Source: Promethearchaeota archaeon (GTDB lineage Archaea; Asgardarchaeota; Lokiarchaeia; Sigyniarchaeales; SOKP01). Taken from it: a stretch of DNA of 39,587 bases. Numbering within the stretch: position 1 is the first letter of the stretch; every line of letters starts with the position of its first letter. Shown here one piece after another: positions 17,440 to 26,401 of the stretch. Below the pieces are notes generated by a model. That model did no database searches and had not been told where the DNA came from. It was given only the letters and a program-made list of their open reading frames with translations. The stretch lies in contig JABCSY010000031.1 of assembly GCA_018238625.1 (NCBI GenBank), positions 1 through 39,587 of the forward strand, in the 5' to 3' direction. A program made the translations under genes and the position numbers.

Positions 17440-18843
17440 TTATATTTTTGATTTTTTTTCTTGATGAATTTCGTCGCGCTGTTCTTTGATTTGTTTTAAA
17501 TATTTGCCATCTAAAGGGTAAAAATATATTGCAATAATAGCGATTACCAGAGCTATTACGGGATAGATGACCATTAAACTCCTTAGTTCAAAATCTGGGA
17601 TAATACTTGGATCGAATTCACTCCAATTAGCAATAAGAAATACAGGTCCTATAATTAGAAAAACAAATACCGTCGCAAATCGCTGAAAGAAGATGTTAAC
17701 GCCGTAATATCCCCCTTCACGCCGTGTCCCTGTTTTTACTTCGTCTTCATCTACAATGTCTGCAATAATGATATCAATTATGTATAAAGAGCCAGCTAAA
17801 CCTATTCCAACCAAGAAGAATATTATAAATGCTACTACTTCCATACCAGGCCCTAGAAAAAATAGCGGAATCAGAGTTATAATCCAAATTGTCATGGATA
17901 TTAACCACGATTTTCTCGGACCTATTTTTTGAACCACTGGTTTCCAAAGTACTGTCATAAAAAGTCCTGCAGATAAAAAACTAACGCCTAACAAAAGCGA
18001 TATCATGAAAGGGTCTTCAAAACCTAAAATAAATTCACCATAAAGGGGAGCCATCACAGGAATCATCCCAAAACAAAACCAGTTAGCAATTTCTGCGGGA
18101 ATGTAACGCATGAAGCTCTTATTTTTAAAACTATATTTTAAAGTGTTGAAAAAATTAGGAGCACCTTTATAATCCTTCCGAAATTCTGTTCTTCCTTTTG
18201 GTGATAATATTAAGAAAAGTAAACCAGCAATAATGACAATTATGGCAACAACTATTCCATAAGTAGGATATTCTCCAGGTTTTGGCTCTGTATAGCTAGA
18301 AATAAACATGCCAGGCAAAAGGAAGGCTGCAAGCAATCCAACTATAGCAAAAAGTTGTCTTACATTATTACCTTTCGCCCGTTCTTCCTCAGTTATAAAA
18401 ATTTCTGGGTACAAAGAAGTATAATTTATGTCATACATTGTAAAAAATAATTCAAATACAATGATTATAATTATAAAATATGTGAAGTTCATAGTAGGAT
18501 CGGTGATACCTATTGATACTGGCGGTGTAAACAACAGAAACATAATTATGGCTATTGGAATTAAAGAAACCATGATCCAAGGGAATCTACGCCCCCATCT
18601 AGTATGTGTTCTATCCGATAAATAACCGATAAATGTATCGTTAAAACTATTCCATATTGACCAAATAATAAATCCAACAACAATTAACCCTATGGGGATT
18701 TTAACAACAGCAAAGTAAAATGTAAAAGTCAAAAATGTGAATGCTTGGTAAGAGGCTATATCCGCGATTTGACCAATACTATAGGAAACCGCGCGCTTAT
18801 ACGAAAATTTTGTTTTTTCAATTCTATTTTCAGTTTCGTTCAT
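17440..18843 (-). CDS. MFS transporter, GPH/MelB family (paralog of 14333-15724)
   Basis: SDRTHTRWGRRFPW and ADIVDEDEVKTGTRREGGYYG. Confidence 0.92.
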   Translation of the reverse strand: MNETENRIEKTKFSYKRAVSYSIGQIADIASYQAFTFLTFTFYFAVVKIPIGLIVVGFIIWSIWNSFNDTFIGYLSDRTHTRWGRRFPWIMVSLIPIAIIMFLLFTPPVSIGITDPTMNFTYFIIIIIVFELFFTMYDINYTSLYPEIFITEEERAKGNNVRQLFAIVGLLAAFLLPGMFISSYTEPKPGEYPTYGIVVAIIVIIAGLLFLILSPKGRTEFRKDYKGAPNFFNTLKYSFKNKSFMRYIPAEIANWFCFGMIPVMAPLYGEFILGFEDPFMISLLLGVSFLSAGLFMTVLWKPVVQKIGPRKSWLISMTIWIITLIPLFFLGPGMEVVAFIIFFLVGIGLAGSLYIIDIIIADIVDEDEVKTGTRREGGYYGVNIFFQRFATVFVFLIIGPVFLIANWSEFDPSIIPDFELRSLMVIYPVIALVIAIIAIYFYPLDGKYLKQIKEQRDEIHQEKKSKI

Positions 18844-18868
18844 AAATTACCAATAAAATTTTTTATTA

Positions 18869-18906
18869 AATTAATCTTATTTCTTTTTTGTCTTTAATAA
18901 ATATTT
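18869..18906 (-). promoter_or_regulatory. Probable archaeal promoter of the second MFS gene
   Basis: Minus strand AAATATTTATTAAAGACAAAAAAGAAATAAGATTAATT, similar to 15761-15797. Confidence 0.4.
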
Positions 18907-19094
18907 GTCCCTGATTAGAAGTTTGATATTTATTTTGAAATTGAATAGTGTCAGAACCTTAATTCTTTAATCTTTATTCTGTTGAATTATTATCAAAAAT
19001 AAATATAAGATAAAAATAGATATGATTTTAATCTTTAGCAAATATATCACATTAAATAAATCACTATAAAGAACATTGAAGAGTTCTGTCTAAA

Positions 19095-20546
19095 ATGGAT
19101 TTAGAAAAGTTATTCAAACCAAAATCAATGGCAGTAGTGGGTATTTCAAAAAGAAACCCCCTTAGCCCGGGAAGAATTGTTTTATTAAAAAACGAGTTTG
19201 AAATGAATGTTGAGGTTTTTGGAATTTATCCATCTGGAGGGGATATTGAAGGCATTCAATTATATGAAAGGTTAGATAAATTACCTAAGATTCCAGATCT
19301 TCTCGTTATTGCAGTTGGACCAGACGACACCTTAGGATACATCCAAGACTGCGCAGATTTAGGGATTCCTTCAAGCGTGATAATTAGTGGCGGTTTTGCT
19401 GAAATAGGGGGAAAAGGTAAGAAAAGACAACAAATATTGGAAAAAATTGCTTTTGAAAATGATATTGCAGTTCTTGGTCCGAATTGTCTTGGTGTTTACG
19501 CAAGTCCTCTTGTAGACACAATCTTTTTACCTACGGAGCGTATCACGAGACCGCCGAAAGGTTCTGTGGCATTAATAAGTCAAAGTGGAGGCGTATTAGT
19601 AGACCAATTTTTCAATAAATTCAAGGAGAGAAATATAGGCGTATCTACCGCAGTTTCTATAGGAAATCGAGCGGTTGTTGACGAAACAATGCTATTGGAA
19701 TATTTTAGCAAGGTCGACAAGGAAACGACAAACATTGCGTTCTATTTAGAGGGATTTAAGGAAGGGAGAGCAAGAAGGTTTTTACAATTAGCAAAAGAAT
19801 CAGAGGATACTGTTGTAACTTTCTTTGGAGGAAAAACTAGGGAAGGAAAAGTAGCTACACTGTCGCATACAGCTAGTTTAGCGGGAGATTATAAAATCCT
19901 ATCAGCAGCTTTGAGGCAATATCAAATTATACAAGCTAATTCAGAAAGAGAACTATTATCGAGCTTAAAAGTCTATGATGTATTATCGCATCATCGCAAT
20001 CCGTTTGGGAAAAATGTTATAACCTATGGAGATGTCGTGATTGTCTCAGTTTCTGGAGGCCACGGGGTAATCGCGTCCGATATGTTGAAAAGTTATGGTT
20101 TGAATGCTGTACGACTTGAAAGGCAAGAGAAAAAAGACTTAAAAGAGCTCATGAATCCCGCTGCCCAAGAAATTGCATCCTTCAATAATCCAATAGATTT
20201 AACGGGTTCTGTAATCGATACCGATATTGAAGATATAGTAAGATATTTATCTGATCTTGAGCGTATTGAGTGTATAATATTACTACTGCTTCCTTACCCC
20301 CCTAACATATCGTTTCAAATAGGTAGAAGAATAGCTAATATTGTTTCTACAAAAAATAAGCCCGTCGTATGTTTTGTTCCGTATGTCCCAAAATACGCTT
20401 TAATAATCGAGTCTCTTGAACTCGCATACATACCCACTTTTCATTCAATTAAAGAAGCAGTTCAAGCGGTTTCTGCGCTTAAACATAGAACACGAATTGA
20501 TAATGTTAAGAAAGGTAATCTATTTTGGGAGCAAAAAACTAATTAA
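19095..20546 (+). CDS. Acyl-CoA synthetase (ADP-forming) alpha subunit, acetate--CoA ligase family
   Basis: LFKPKSMAVVG CoA-binding start, SGGFAE, GPNCLG, SQSGG, phospho-His SHTASLAG, NPIDLTG. Confidence 0.88.
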   Translation: MDLEKLFKPKSMAVVGISKRNPLSPGRIVLLKNEFEMNVEVFGIYPSGGDIEGIQLYERLDKLPKIPDLLVIAVGPDDTLGYIQDCADLGIPSSVIISGGFAEIGGKGKKRQQILEKIAFENDIAVLGPNCLGVYASPLVDTIFLPTERITRPPKGSVALISQSGGVLVDQFFNKFKERNIGVSTAVSIGNRAVVDETMLLEYFSKVDKETTNIAFYLEGFKEGRARRFLQLAKESEDTVVTFFGGKTREGKVATLSHTASLAGDYKILSAALRQYQIIQANSERELLSSLKVYDVLSHHRNPFGKNVITYGDVVIVSVSGGHGVIASDMLKSYGLNAVRLERQEKKDLKELMNPAAQEIASFNNPIDLTGSVIDTDIEDIVRYLSDLERIECIILLLLPYPPNISFQIGRRIANIVSTKNKPVVCFVPYVPKYALIIESLELAYIPTFHSIKEAVQAVSALKHRTRIDNVKKGNLFWEQKTN

Positions 20547-20652
20547 CTCTTATTTTCTTTTCTAAATATTTATAGGATAAAGATTACAAATTTTCTTAAA
20601 TTAATCTGTAATATAGTAATTAAAGAATTTTGCTTAAAAGGTTGATAAAGAT

Positions 20653-21531
20653 ATGGATAACCGAATTGGATGGATAGGGACAGGAGTTATGGGTAAGTCT
20701 ATGTGTGCTCATATTTTAAAAGCTGGATATAATGTTTCAGTTTATAACCGAACAAAAGAAAAAGCTAAAGAATTAATTGATGTGGGCGCTGTTTGGTGTT
20801 CAAACCCTAAAGAAGTTGCTGAAAAGAGCGATATAGTTTTTACTATCGTTGGTTTCCCTCACGATGTCGAAGATGTTTATCTAGGGGAAAACGGAGTTTT
20901 AAAAGCGATAAAAAAAGGGGCAATTATCGTTGATATGACGACATCCGAGCCTTCTCTTGCTCAAAGAGTATATGAAGAGGCAAAAAAGATAGGCGTATCA
21001 TCTATCGATGCACCTGTATCAGGTGGGGATGTTGGCGCTAAAAACGGAACGCTAGCAATAATGGCAGGTGGCGATAAAGAGACGTACGAAAAAGTGTTCC
21101 CTTTTTTCGAGTTAATGGGTAAAAATATCGCATATATGGGAAAAGCAGGAGCGGGGCAACATACTAAAATGAGCAATCAAATTCTCATTGCCTCTACTAT
21201 GATAGGGGTTGTAGAGTCCTTGTTATATGCTTATAAAGCAGGAAATGATTTAGGTGAGGTAATAAATGTTATTGGGAAGGGTGCTGCGGGTTGTTGGTCG
21301 ATAAACAATCTTGGTCCACGAATTGTAAAAGGTAATTTCGATCCAGGCTTTTTTATTAAACATTTCATAAAGGATATGGGCATTGCGTTAAAAGAAGCGA
21401 AAAACTTGAATTTATCACTACCAGGTTTAGCTCTAGCTTATCAATTTTATATTTCAGCCACAGCTTTAGGATTAGAAAACCTTGGAACCCAAGGACTATA
21501 CAAAGTTCTGGCTAAAATGAATGGGATTTAA
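20653..21531 (+). CDS. NAD(P)-dependent beta-hydroxyacid dehydrogenase (3-hydroxyisobutyrate dehydrogenase / tartronate semialdehyde reductase family)
   Basis: IGWIGTGVMG, DAPVSGG, GQHTKMSNQ, KDMGIA. Confidence 0.92.
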   Translation: MDNRIGWIGTGVMGKSMCAHILKAGYNVSVYNRTKEKAKELIDVGAVWCSNPKEVAEKSDIVFTIVGFPHDVEDVYLGENGVLKAIKKGAIIVDMTTSEPSLAQRVYEEAKKIGVSSIDAPVSGGDVGAKNGTLAIMAGGDKETYEKVFPFFELMGKNIAYMGKAGAGQHTKMSNQILIASTMIGVVESLLYAYKAGNDLGEVINVIGKGAAGCWSINNLGPRIVKGNFDPGFFIKHFIKDMGIALKEAKNLNLSLPGLALAYQFYISATALGLENLGTQGLYKVLAKMNGI

Positions 21532-21565
21532 ATCAATTATATATCATTATTTTCTTTAATTATAT

Positions 21566-21940
21566 TTGCCTTCTATAATCGTTGAAATCTGTTTTTTACT
21601 TCTATTACTGATACAAACACTTCATATTTTTGAAGAATTAAGCATGGGGATCTATCAAACAATAGAATTTCTGACTGTAAAGAAGTATCTTTTTGTATCC
21701 TCAATAATAACGAGTCTTTCAATGTTAACTTATATGGCTATAATATTAGAATTAGTTATTGGATACTTCTTCGGGATATTAGTCTCAATTTTCGGATTAT
21801 TTAACTTTATTATTCATACATTAGGATTTATTATGAAAAAAAAGACGAAAGGTACGATTGCTGCGAGTTTTTATACTGGGATCGTCTTGGGAATCTTTGG
21901 CAGCGTTAATTTATTTCTATTAATCCTGCTTTTAATATAA
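21566..21940 (+). CDS. HXXEE-domain membrane protein
   Basis: LHIFEE motif, second His (IIHT), four hydrophobic segments. Confidence 0.7.
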   Translation: MPSIIVEICFLLLLLIQTLHIFEELSMGIYQTIEFLTVKKYLFVSSIITSLSMLTYMAIILELVIGYFFGILVSIFGLFNFIIHTLGFIMKKKTKGTIAASFYTGIVLGIFGSVNLFLLILLLI

Positions 21941-21989
21941 AAGCTGAAAGAATAGTAAGAATAAATAGACCACTCGTAAATTTAATGAT

Positions 21990-23414
21990 TTAGATGTGAT
22001 TTTTTATTATTTTTAATCGCATTCGAATTAACTTCTCGATTTCTTTTAACTTGGGCCGTTGGTTCTCCTCGCAGAAAGCGTAGGCTATCCCTCCGGCACC
22101 TGCTCTTGCCGTCCTCCCAATACGATGTAAATAAGTTTCCGCTTCATTTGGTAAATCAAATTGTATGACATGTGAGATTTCATCCACATCAATTCCGCGA
22201 GAAGCGACATCTGTAGCTACTAAAACACGAATTGCTCCAGTACGAAAGCTTTGAAGCGCATTTTGACGTGCAGTTTGTGATTTATTCCCGTGTATAGCAT
22301 CAGTGCGTATTCCCTTCCTTTTTAAAATCTTAACAACTCGATTGGCGCCGTGTTTTGTGCGCATAAAAACCAATGCTCGTTTAATCGATTTATCGAAGAG
22401 TAACTTTTCCAATAATGCTTGCTTTTTATTTTTGGAGATTAAAAATACAGATTGTTTAAGACTTTCCAAGGTTGGTTGTTCTGGTGATATATCTATTCTT
22501 ATGGGTGTATTTAGAATACTATTGGCCAGTTTTTTAACTTCAGGTGGGATCGTAGCAGAAAAAAGTAGGGTTTGTCGGTTCTTTTTAGGTATATAGTTAA
22601 TGATGGTTCGTATATCTTTGATGAAACCCATATCAAGCATTCTATCACCTTCGTCTAGAATCAAAACCTCAACATAGCCGAGGTTTATATGACCTTGCCT
22701 GATCAAATCAAGTAATCTACCAGGAGTTGCAATCAAAATGTCTACTCCTTGTTGTAATTTTTTCACTTGTGGGTTTTGTCCAACCCCTCCATAAACAACA
22801 GTATTTCTAAGTCCAGTATATTTTCCATAAATATTAAAACTGTCTTTAATTTGGATTGCAAGCTCTCTTGTAGGAGCAACTACTAAAACACTGATTTTAC
22901 GCTTGGTTTTCATGTCATTGTTGTTCTTTATACTAACTAATCGTTGCAAGATAGGAAGAGCGAAAGCAGCAGTTTTTCCAGTCCCTGTCTGAGCACAACC
23001 TAGTATATCTTTTCCATTCAATATAATCGGGATTGCTTGAGCTTGAATTGGTGTCGGAACCTCATATCCCGAATCTCTTACTGCCTGTAAAATCTTAGAG
23101 TCTAAATCAAGATCAGCAAAATTTAAACCACTATCAATTTGGTTGTCTTGTAATGGTTTATTTTTTTTTGATATCCTAGATTGCACAACTTCTTCTAACC
23201 GTGTTACTTGCTTAGCAGCAAGACCTTTTTTTTGTGGTTGAATTGTGAAAGTAAGACAATCACCACTGGTGATATTATTATCTTCGTTTGGTTGCAGTGC
23301 AGTATGGTGTAAAAAAATATCCTTACCACCCCTATCAAGGGTTATAAATCCAAACCCTTTCTTCTCATTATACCATTTGACCGTTCCGGTCATTCTTTGT
23401 GTTTCTTTTAACAT
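21990..23414 (-). CDS. Cold-shock domain fused to an RhlE-like DEAD-box RNA helicase
   Basis: N-terminal GTVKWYNEKKGFGFI..DIFLHH (RNP1/RNP2), then Q motif PTPIQ, AQTGTGKT, PTRELA, TPGRL, DEGD, SAT, SRGID, HRIGRTAR. Alternative start at ATG 23393. Confidence 0.92.
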   Translation of the reverse strand: MLKETQRMTGTVKWYNEKKGFGFITLDRGGKDIFLHHTALQPNEDNNITSGDCLTFTIQPQKKGLAAKQVTRLEEVVQSRISKKNKPLQDNQIDSGLNFADLDLDSKILQAVRDSGYEVPTPIQAQAIPIILNGKDILGCAQTGTGKTAAFALPILQRLVSIKNNNDMKTKRKISVLVVAPTRELAIQIKDSFNIYGKYTGLRNTVVYGGVGQNPQVKKLQQGVDILIATPGRLLDLIRQGHINLGYVEVLILDEGDRMLDMGFIKDIRTIINYIPKKNRQTLLFSATIPPEVKKLANSILNTPIRIDISPEQPTLESLKQSVFLISKNKKQALLEKLLFDKSIKRALVFMRTKHGANRVVKILKRKGIRTDAIHGNKSQTARQNALQSFRTGAIRVLVATDVASRGIDVDEISHVIQFDLPNEAETYLHRIGRTARAGAGGIAYAFCEENQRPKLKEIEKLIRMRLKIIKNHI

Positions 23415-23743
23415 TTTTATTCATACTATTCTTTCTTTTATGGGTATAACCTACTCATATATCATTGTTTTATTATGGATAAATCTATGAGCGGGAATAT
23501 TCACTAAAATAATTAAATACCCCATCTCAAAGGAAGAAATTAAAATTGATGCATTTATCAAAAAAGCATCATTTTAATCGATGAATAAATCTTCAATATT
23601 AAGAAGTAATAATTACTAAAAAATAACCCAATATTTAGTAAAAGAGAGTTACATCGCCTTTATAGTTTAAGTATTCAAAAATTCAATAGTAAATATTTCA
23701 GATTTTCTCCCAGATAACCATTGAAAATGTTCTACAATTATTA

Positions 23744-24862
23744 TTAACCATAATTTTCAGTCATATAGTTATCAAAATGTTGTAAGGCATCAGGTAAGTT
23801 CTTTCGACCAAATCCAATTCTAAAATGAGATGTTCCATAATCAAATTTAGTGCTTGGCATCAATAGCACACCCTTTTTTTCTAATAAATCAAGACAAAAT
23901 TCTTCAATATCTTGTTCAATTAACAGCCTTGGAAAAGCAATCGAACCTGCTTTAGGTCTCACCCAAGCTACATATTTACAATATTTTTCGAAAAATTTAT
24001 CCAGTAGGTTCAGATTTTTATTAATAATGTCCAAATTCCTTTTAATAATTTTGTCTTTATTACGTAAAGCCAATATTGAAAAAAACTCGCTTAAAGCACT
24101 ATTGCAAATAGTAGTGTAATTCTTGAAAGAAGCGATTTTTTTGAAAAGTGCTTTATTTTTTGTTGCAATCCATCCAATTCTTAACCCAGCAAGGCCAAAT
24201 GCTTTTGACATCACATTTATTGATATTCCTTTTTCGTAAAGATCGCAAGCAGATGGTAATCTGTCGGCTTCGTTATACTCCAGAAATTTATAAACCTCGT
24301 CAGAAAGAACGTAAATATCGCTTTCTTTAGCTATCTTAATAATTTTTTCGTAATTCTTTTTTGAGATGAGGTGCCCAGTTGGATTATGTGGAAAATTTAC
24401 AACAATACATTTAGTAGATTTTTCTATGTTTGATTCTAAGAATTTCAAATCAAGTTCCCAATTGTTATCATCACTCATTATCCACTTAGTTACTTTACAT
24501 CCTATAGCGTTAGCGATTTCGTATAGTGATTGATAAGCCGGATATTGAACGATCACGTGATCTCCTTTCTTTAATAAAACATTCATAAAAATAAAAATTC
24601 CTTCTTGAGCTCCAGAAAAAACAATTATCTCTTCTGTTTTGATATCGCCATACAATTTAGAGATTTCTTCTCTTAACAAAGGATTGCCAAGAGATTCAGT
24701 ATAACCTAGCCAGACTTCTTTAAGATCTTTTAAGGAATCCTTTTCTAAAGTTAGCAATTCATCTACGCTAAATGATTCGCAGTCTGAGGAACACAAAGAG
24801 TATTTAACATTAAATTCATACTTTGCGAAATATTCTTCTAACTTGAAGTCCTTAATTCTCAT
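23744..24862 (-). CDS. PLP-dependent aminotransferase class I/II
   Basis: NFPHNPTG, SDEVY, SKAFGLAGLRIGW, FRIGFG. Confidence 0.92.
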   Translation of the reverse strand: MRIKDFKLEEYFAKYEFNVKYSLCSSDCESFSVDELLTLEKDSLKDLKEVWLGYTESLGNPLLREEISKLYGDIKTEEIIVFSGAQEGIFIFMNVLLKKGDHVIVQYPAYQSLYEIANAIGCKVTKWIMSDDNNWELDLKFLESNIEKSTKCIVVNFPHNPTGHLISKKNYEKIIKIAKESDIYVLSDEVYKFLEYNEADRLPSACDLYEKGISINVMSKAFGLAGLRIGWIATKNKALFKKIASFKNYTTICNSALSEFFSILALRNKDKIIKRNLDIINKNLNLLDKFFEKYCKYVAWVRPKAGSIAFPRLLIEQDIEEFCLDLLEKKGVLLMPSTKFDYGTSHFRIGFGRKNLPDALQHFDNYMTENYG

Positions 24863-24896
24863 TTCATTAAAGAATTAAGATTCATCTGATTTAAAA

Positions 24897-25712
24897 TTAG
24901 GTAACATCAACAATTTTGTCTATATGCTTGATTGTTTTTTCAACAAATTCTTTGTCTTCAATTACAAGTTCGATAGCATTTTGAGGACAGATATCAACGC
25001 ATCGACCACAACCCCGACATTCCTCGCTAATTATAGCCCTATTATCAATTATATAAATCGCATCAACAAAACACACACCTTTTAAGCAAGTTCCACATCC
25101 AATACACTTATCAGTCACCATTAGACTCACTCCCGGCATTTTGTGCACTTTGGAACCAATCTTATCGGCTACAACAGGTGCTATACGCCATAGGCAACAG
25201 CAAGGGTCGCAGTTACAAATACTGAGGAGCTTTAAACCAGGACTTACGCCAAGCCATTGTTTATCTAATCGATTTCTTCCTATCATATGCACTAAACCAG
25301 CTTCTCTGCATTTTTTTATATGGTCTAGCGCTTCTTCTTTTGAGACAAGTCGCCCTAATTGAGGATTAATACCTAAAACAGCCTCTCCCAGAAATAAACA
25401 GCCTAAATTAATCGGATAGTCTTTACATTGCATTGATTTTCTACAAATGCAAACATTCATTATCCAGTGATATTTAGCTTTATTGATAAAATATTCTAAA
25501 ACTTTCGAGGGTAATACCATGTCCGAGTCTTTCTCAACTTCTTTATTAATAGAAATTATTTTATCTTGTGTTAAATAAACAATATCATCCCCTTTAAACA
25601 GCAAAAAATCAAAAAATTTTCCAACGATTGGAACTCTTGTTAATTTTGCTATTAATTTAATATTTGGGAAAGTTTTTTCAAGTATATTTACAAACCATAA
25701 AGGTCTTGCCAT
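24897..25712 (-). CDS. 4Fe-4S dicluster / polyferredoxin-like protein
   Basis: CICRKSMQC, CNCDPCCC, CIGCGTC..C, CRGCGRCVDICP. Confidence 0.88.
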   Translation of the reverse strand: MARPLWFVNILEKTFPNIKLIAKLTRVPIVGKFFDFLLFKGDDIVYLTQDKIISINKEVEKDSDMVLPSKVLEYFINKAKYHWIMNVCICRKSMQCKDYPINLGCLFLGEAVLGINPQLGRLVSKEEALDHIKKCREAGLVHMIGRNRLDKQWLGVSPGLKLLSICNCDPCCCLWRIAPVVADKIGSKVHKMPGVSLMVTDKCIGCGTCLKGVCFVDAIYIIDNRAIISEECRGCGRCVDICPQNAIELVIEDKEFVEKTIKHIDKIVDVT

Positions 25713-25802
25713 ATGAATCTTTAAACCTGCTAATTCCTAGGTAATAATATATATTTAAATCTAAAAATAAATATAACTTTAATCTAAATCAAATGTAAAC
25801 AT

Positions 25803-26366
25803 TCAACAATTCTCTTTTCGAAGAGGAAGAGGAAGAGGATTTTTTAGTCGATATAAAAATCCTGGAAGCCATAATGCGATTCCTAATACTGCTCCTAATA
25901 AGAAAGTAATGGGGTCGTTCCAGAGAAAAATTTTATAAATCCCGGTTATCAAAAGAACTCCTAATCCAATAAGAAATCTTAATGGATGTTGAAATCTATT
26001 ATTTATCGCTTGATGAGGTAAATAAAAAAATAATATAATCGCATGACCACTAAACGGAAAACCAATCATGTATCGAATAAAAGAAAACGCAGCAACTATG
26101 ATGCATTCAAAAAAAAAGAGGGTAAGGAGAATACTTTTCCCTTTTTCATTCCAGATCCAAATCAGTTCACCTATTAGAATTCCATAAGGAATGAAGATTG
26201 GAACCATATAGATTGGAGGTGTTTTAATATTTAATGTTCCAGTTGCCGTAATAACTAGCGGATATCCTATAATAATAAAAAAGATTCCTGAAAATACAGT
26301 CATTATCAGACCAGTACCATAAATAACTATAAGTTCTTTTATATTAGGCGTTAAATTTTTAAGCAT
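25803..26366 (-). CDS. Hypothetical integral membrane protein (about 6 TM)
   Basis: Highly hydrophobic ORF downstream of the GH2 gene; contains FSGH; ATG 26366 preferred over TTG 26372. Confidence 0.7.
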   Translation of the reverse strand: MLKNLTPNIKELIVIYGTGLIMTVFSGIFFIIIGYPLVITATGTLNIKTPPIYMVPIFIPYGILIGELIWIWNEKGKSILLTLFFFECIIVAAFSFIRYMIGFPFSGHAIILFFYLPHQAINNRFQHPLRFLIGLGVLLITGIYKIFLWNDPITFLLGAVLGIALWLPGFLYRLKNPLPLPLRKENC

Positions 26367-26401
26367 AATCAATTAATTTCATTTTGTAAATTTAAAAATA
26401 T

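Noticed and set aside
25821-25838. (AAGAGG)x3 microrepeat
   Set aside because: It only encodes a short Pro-Leu repeat at a protein C-terminus and is too short to be meaningful.
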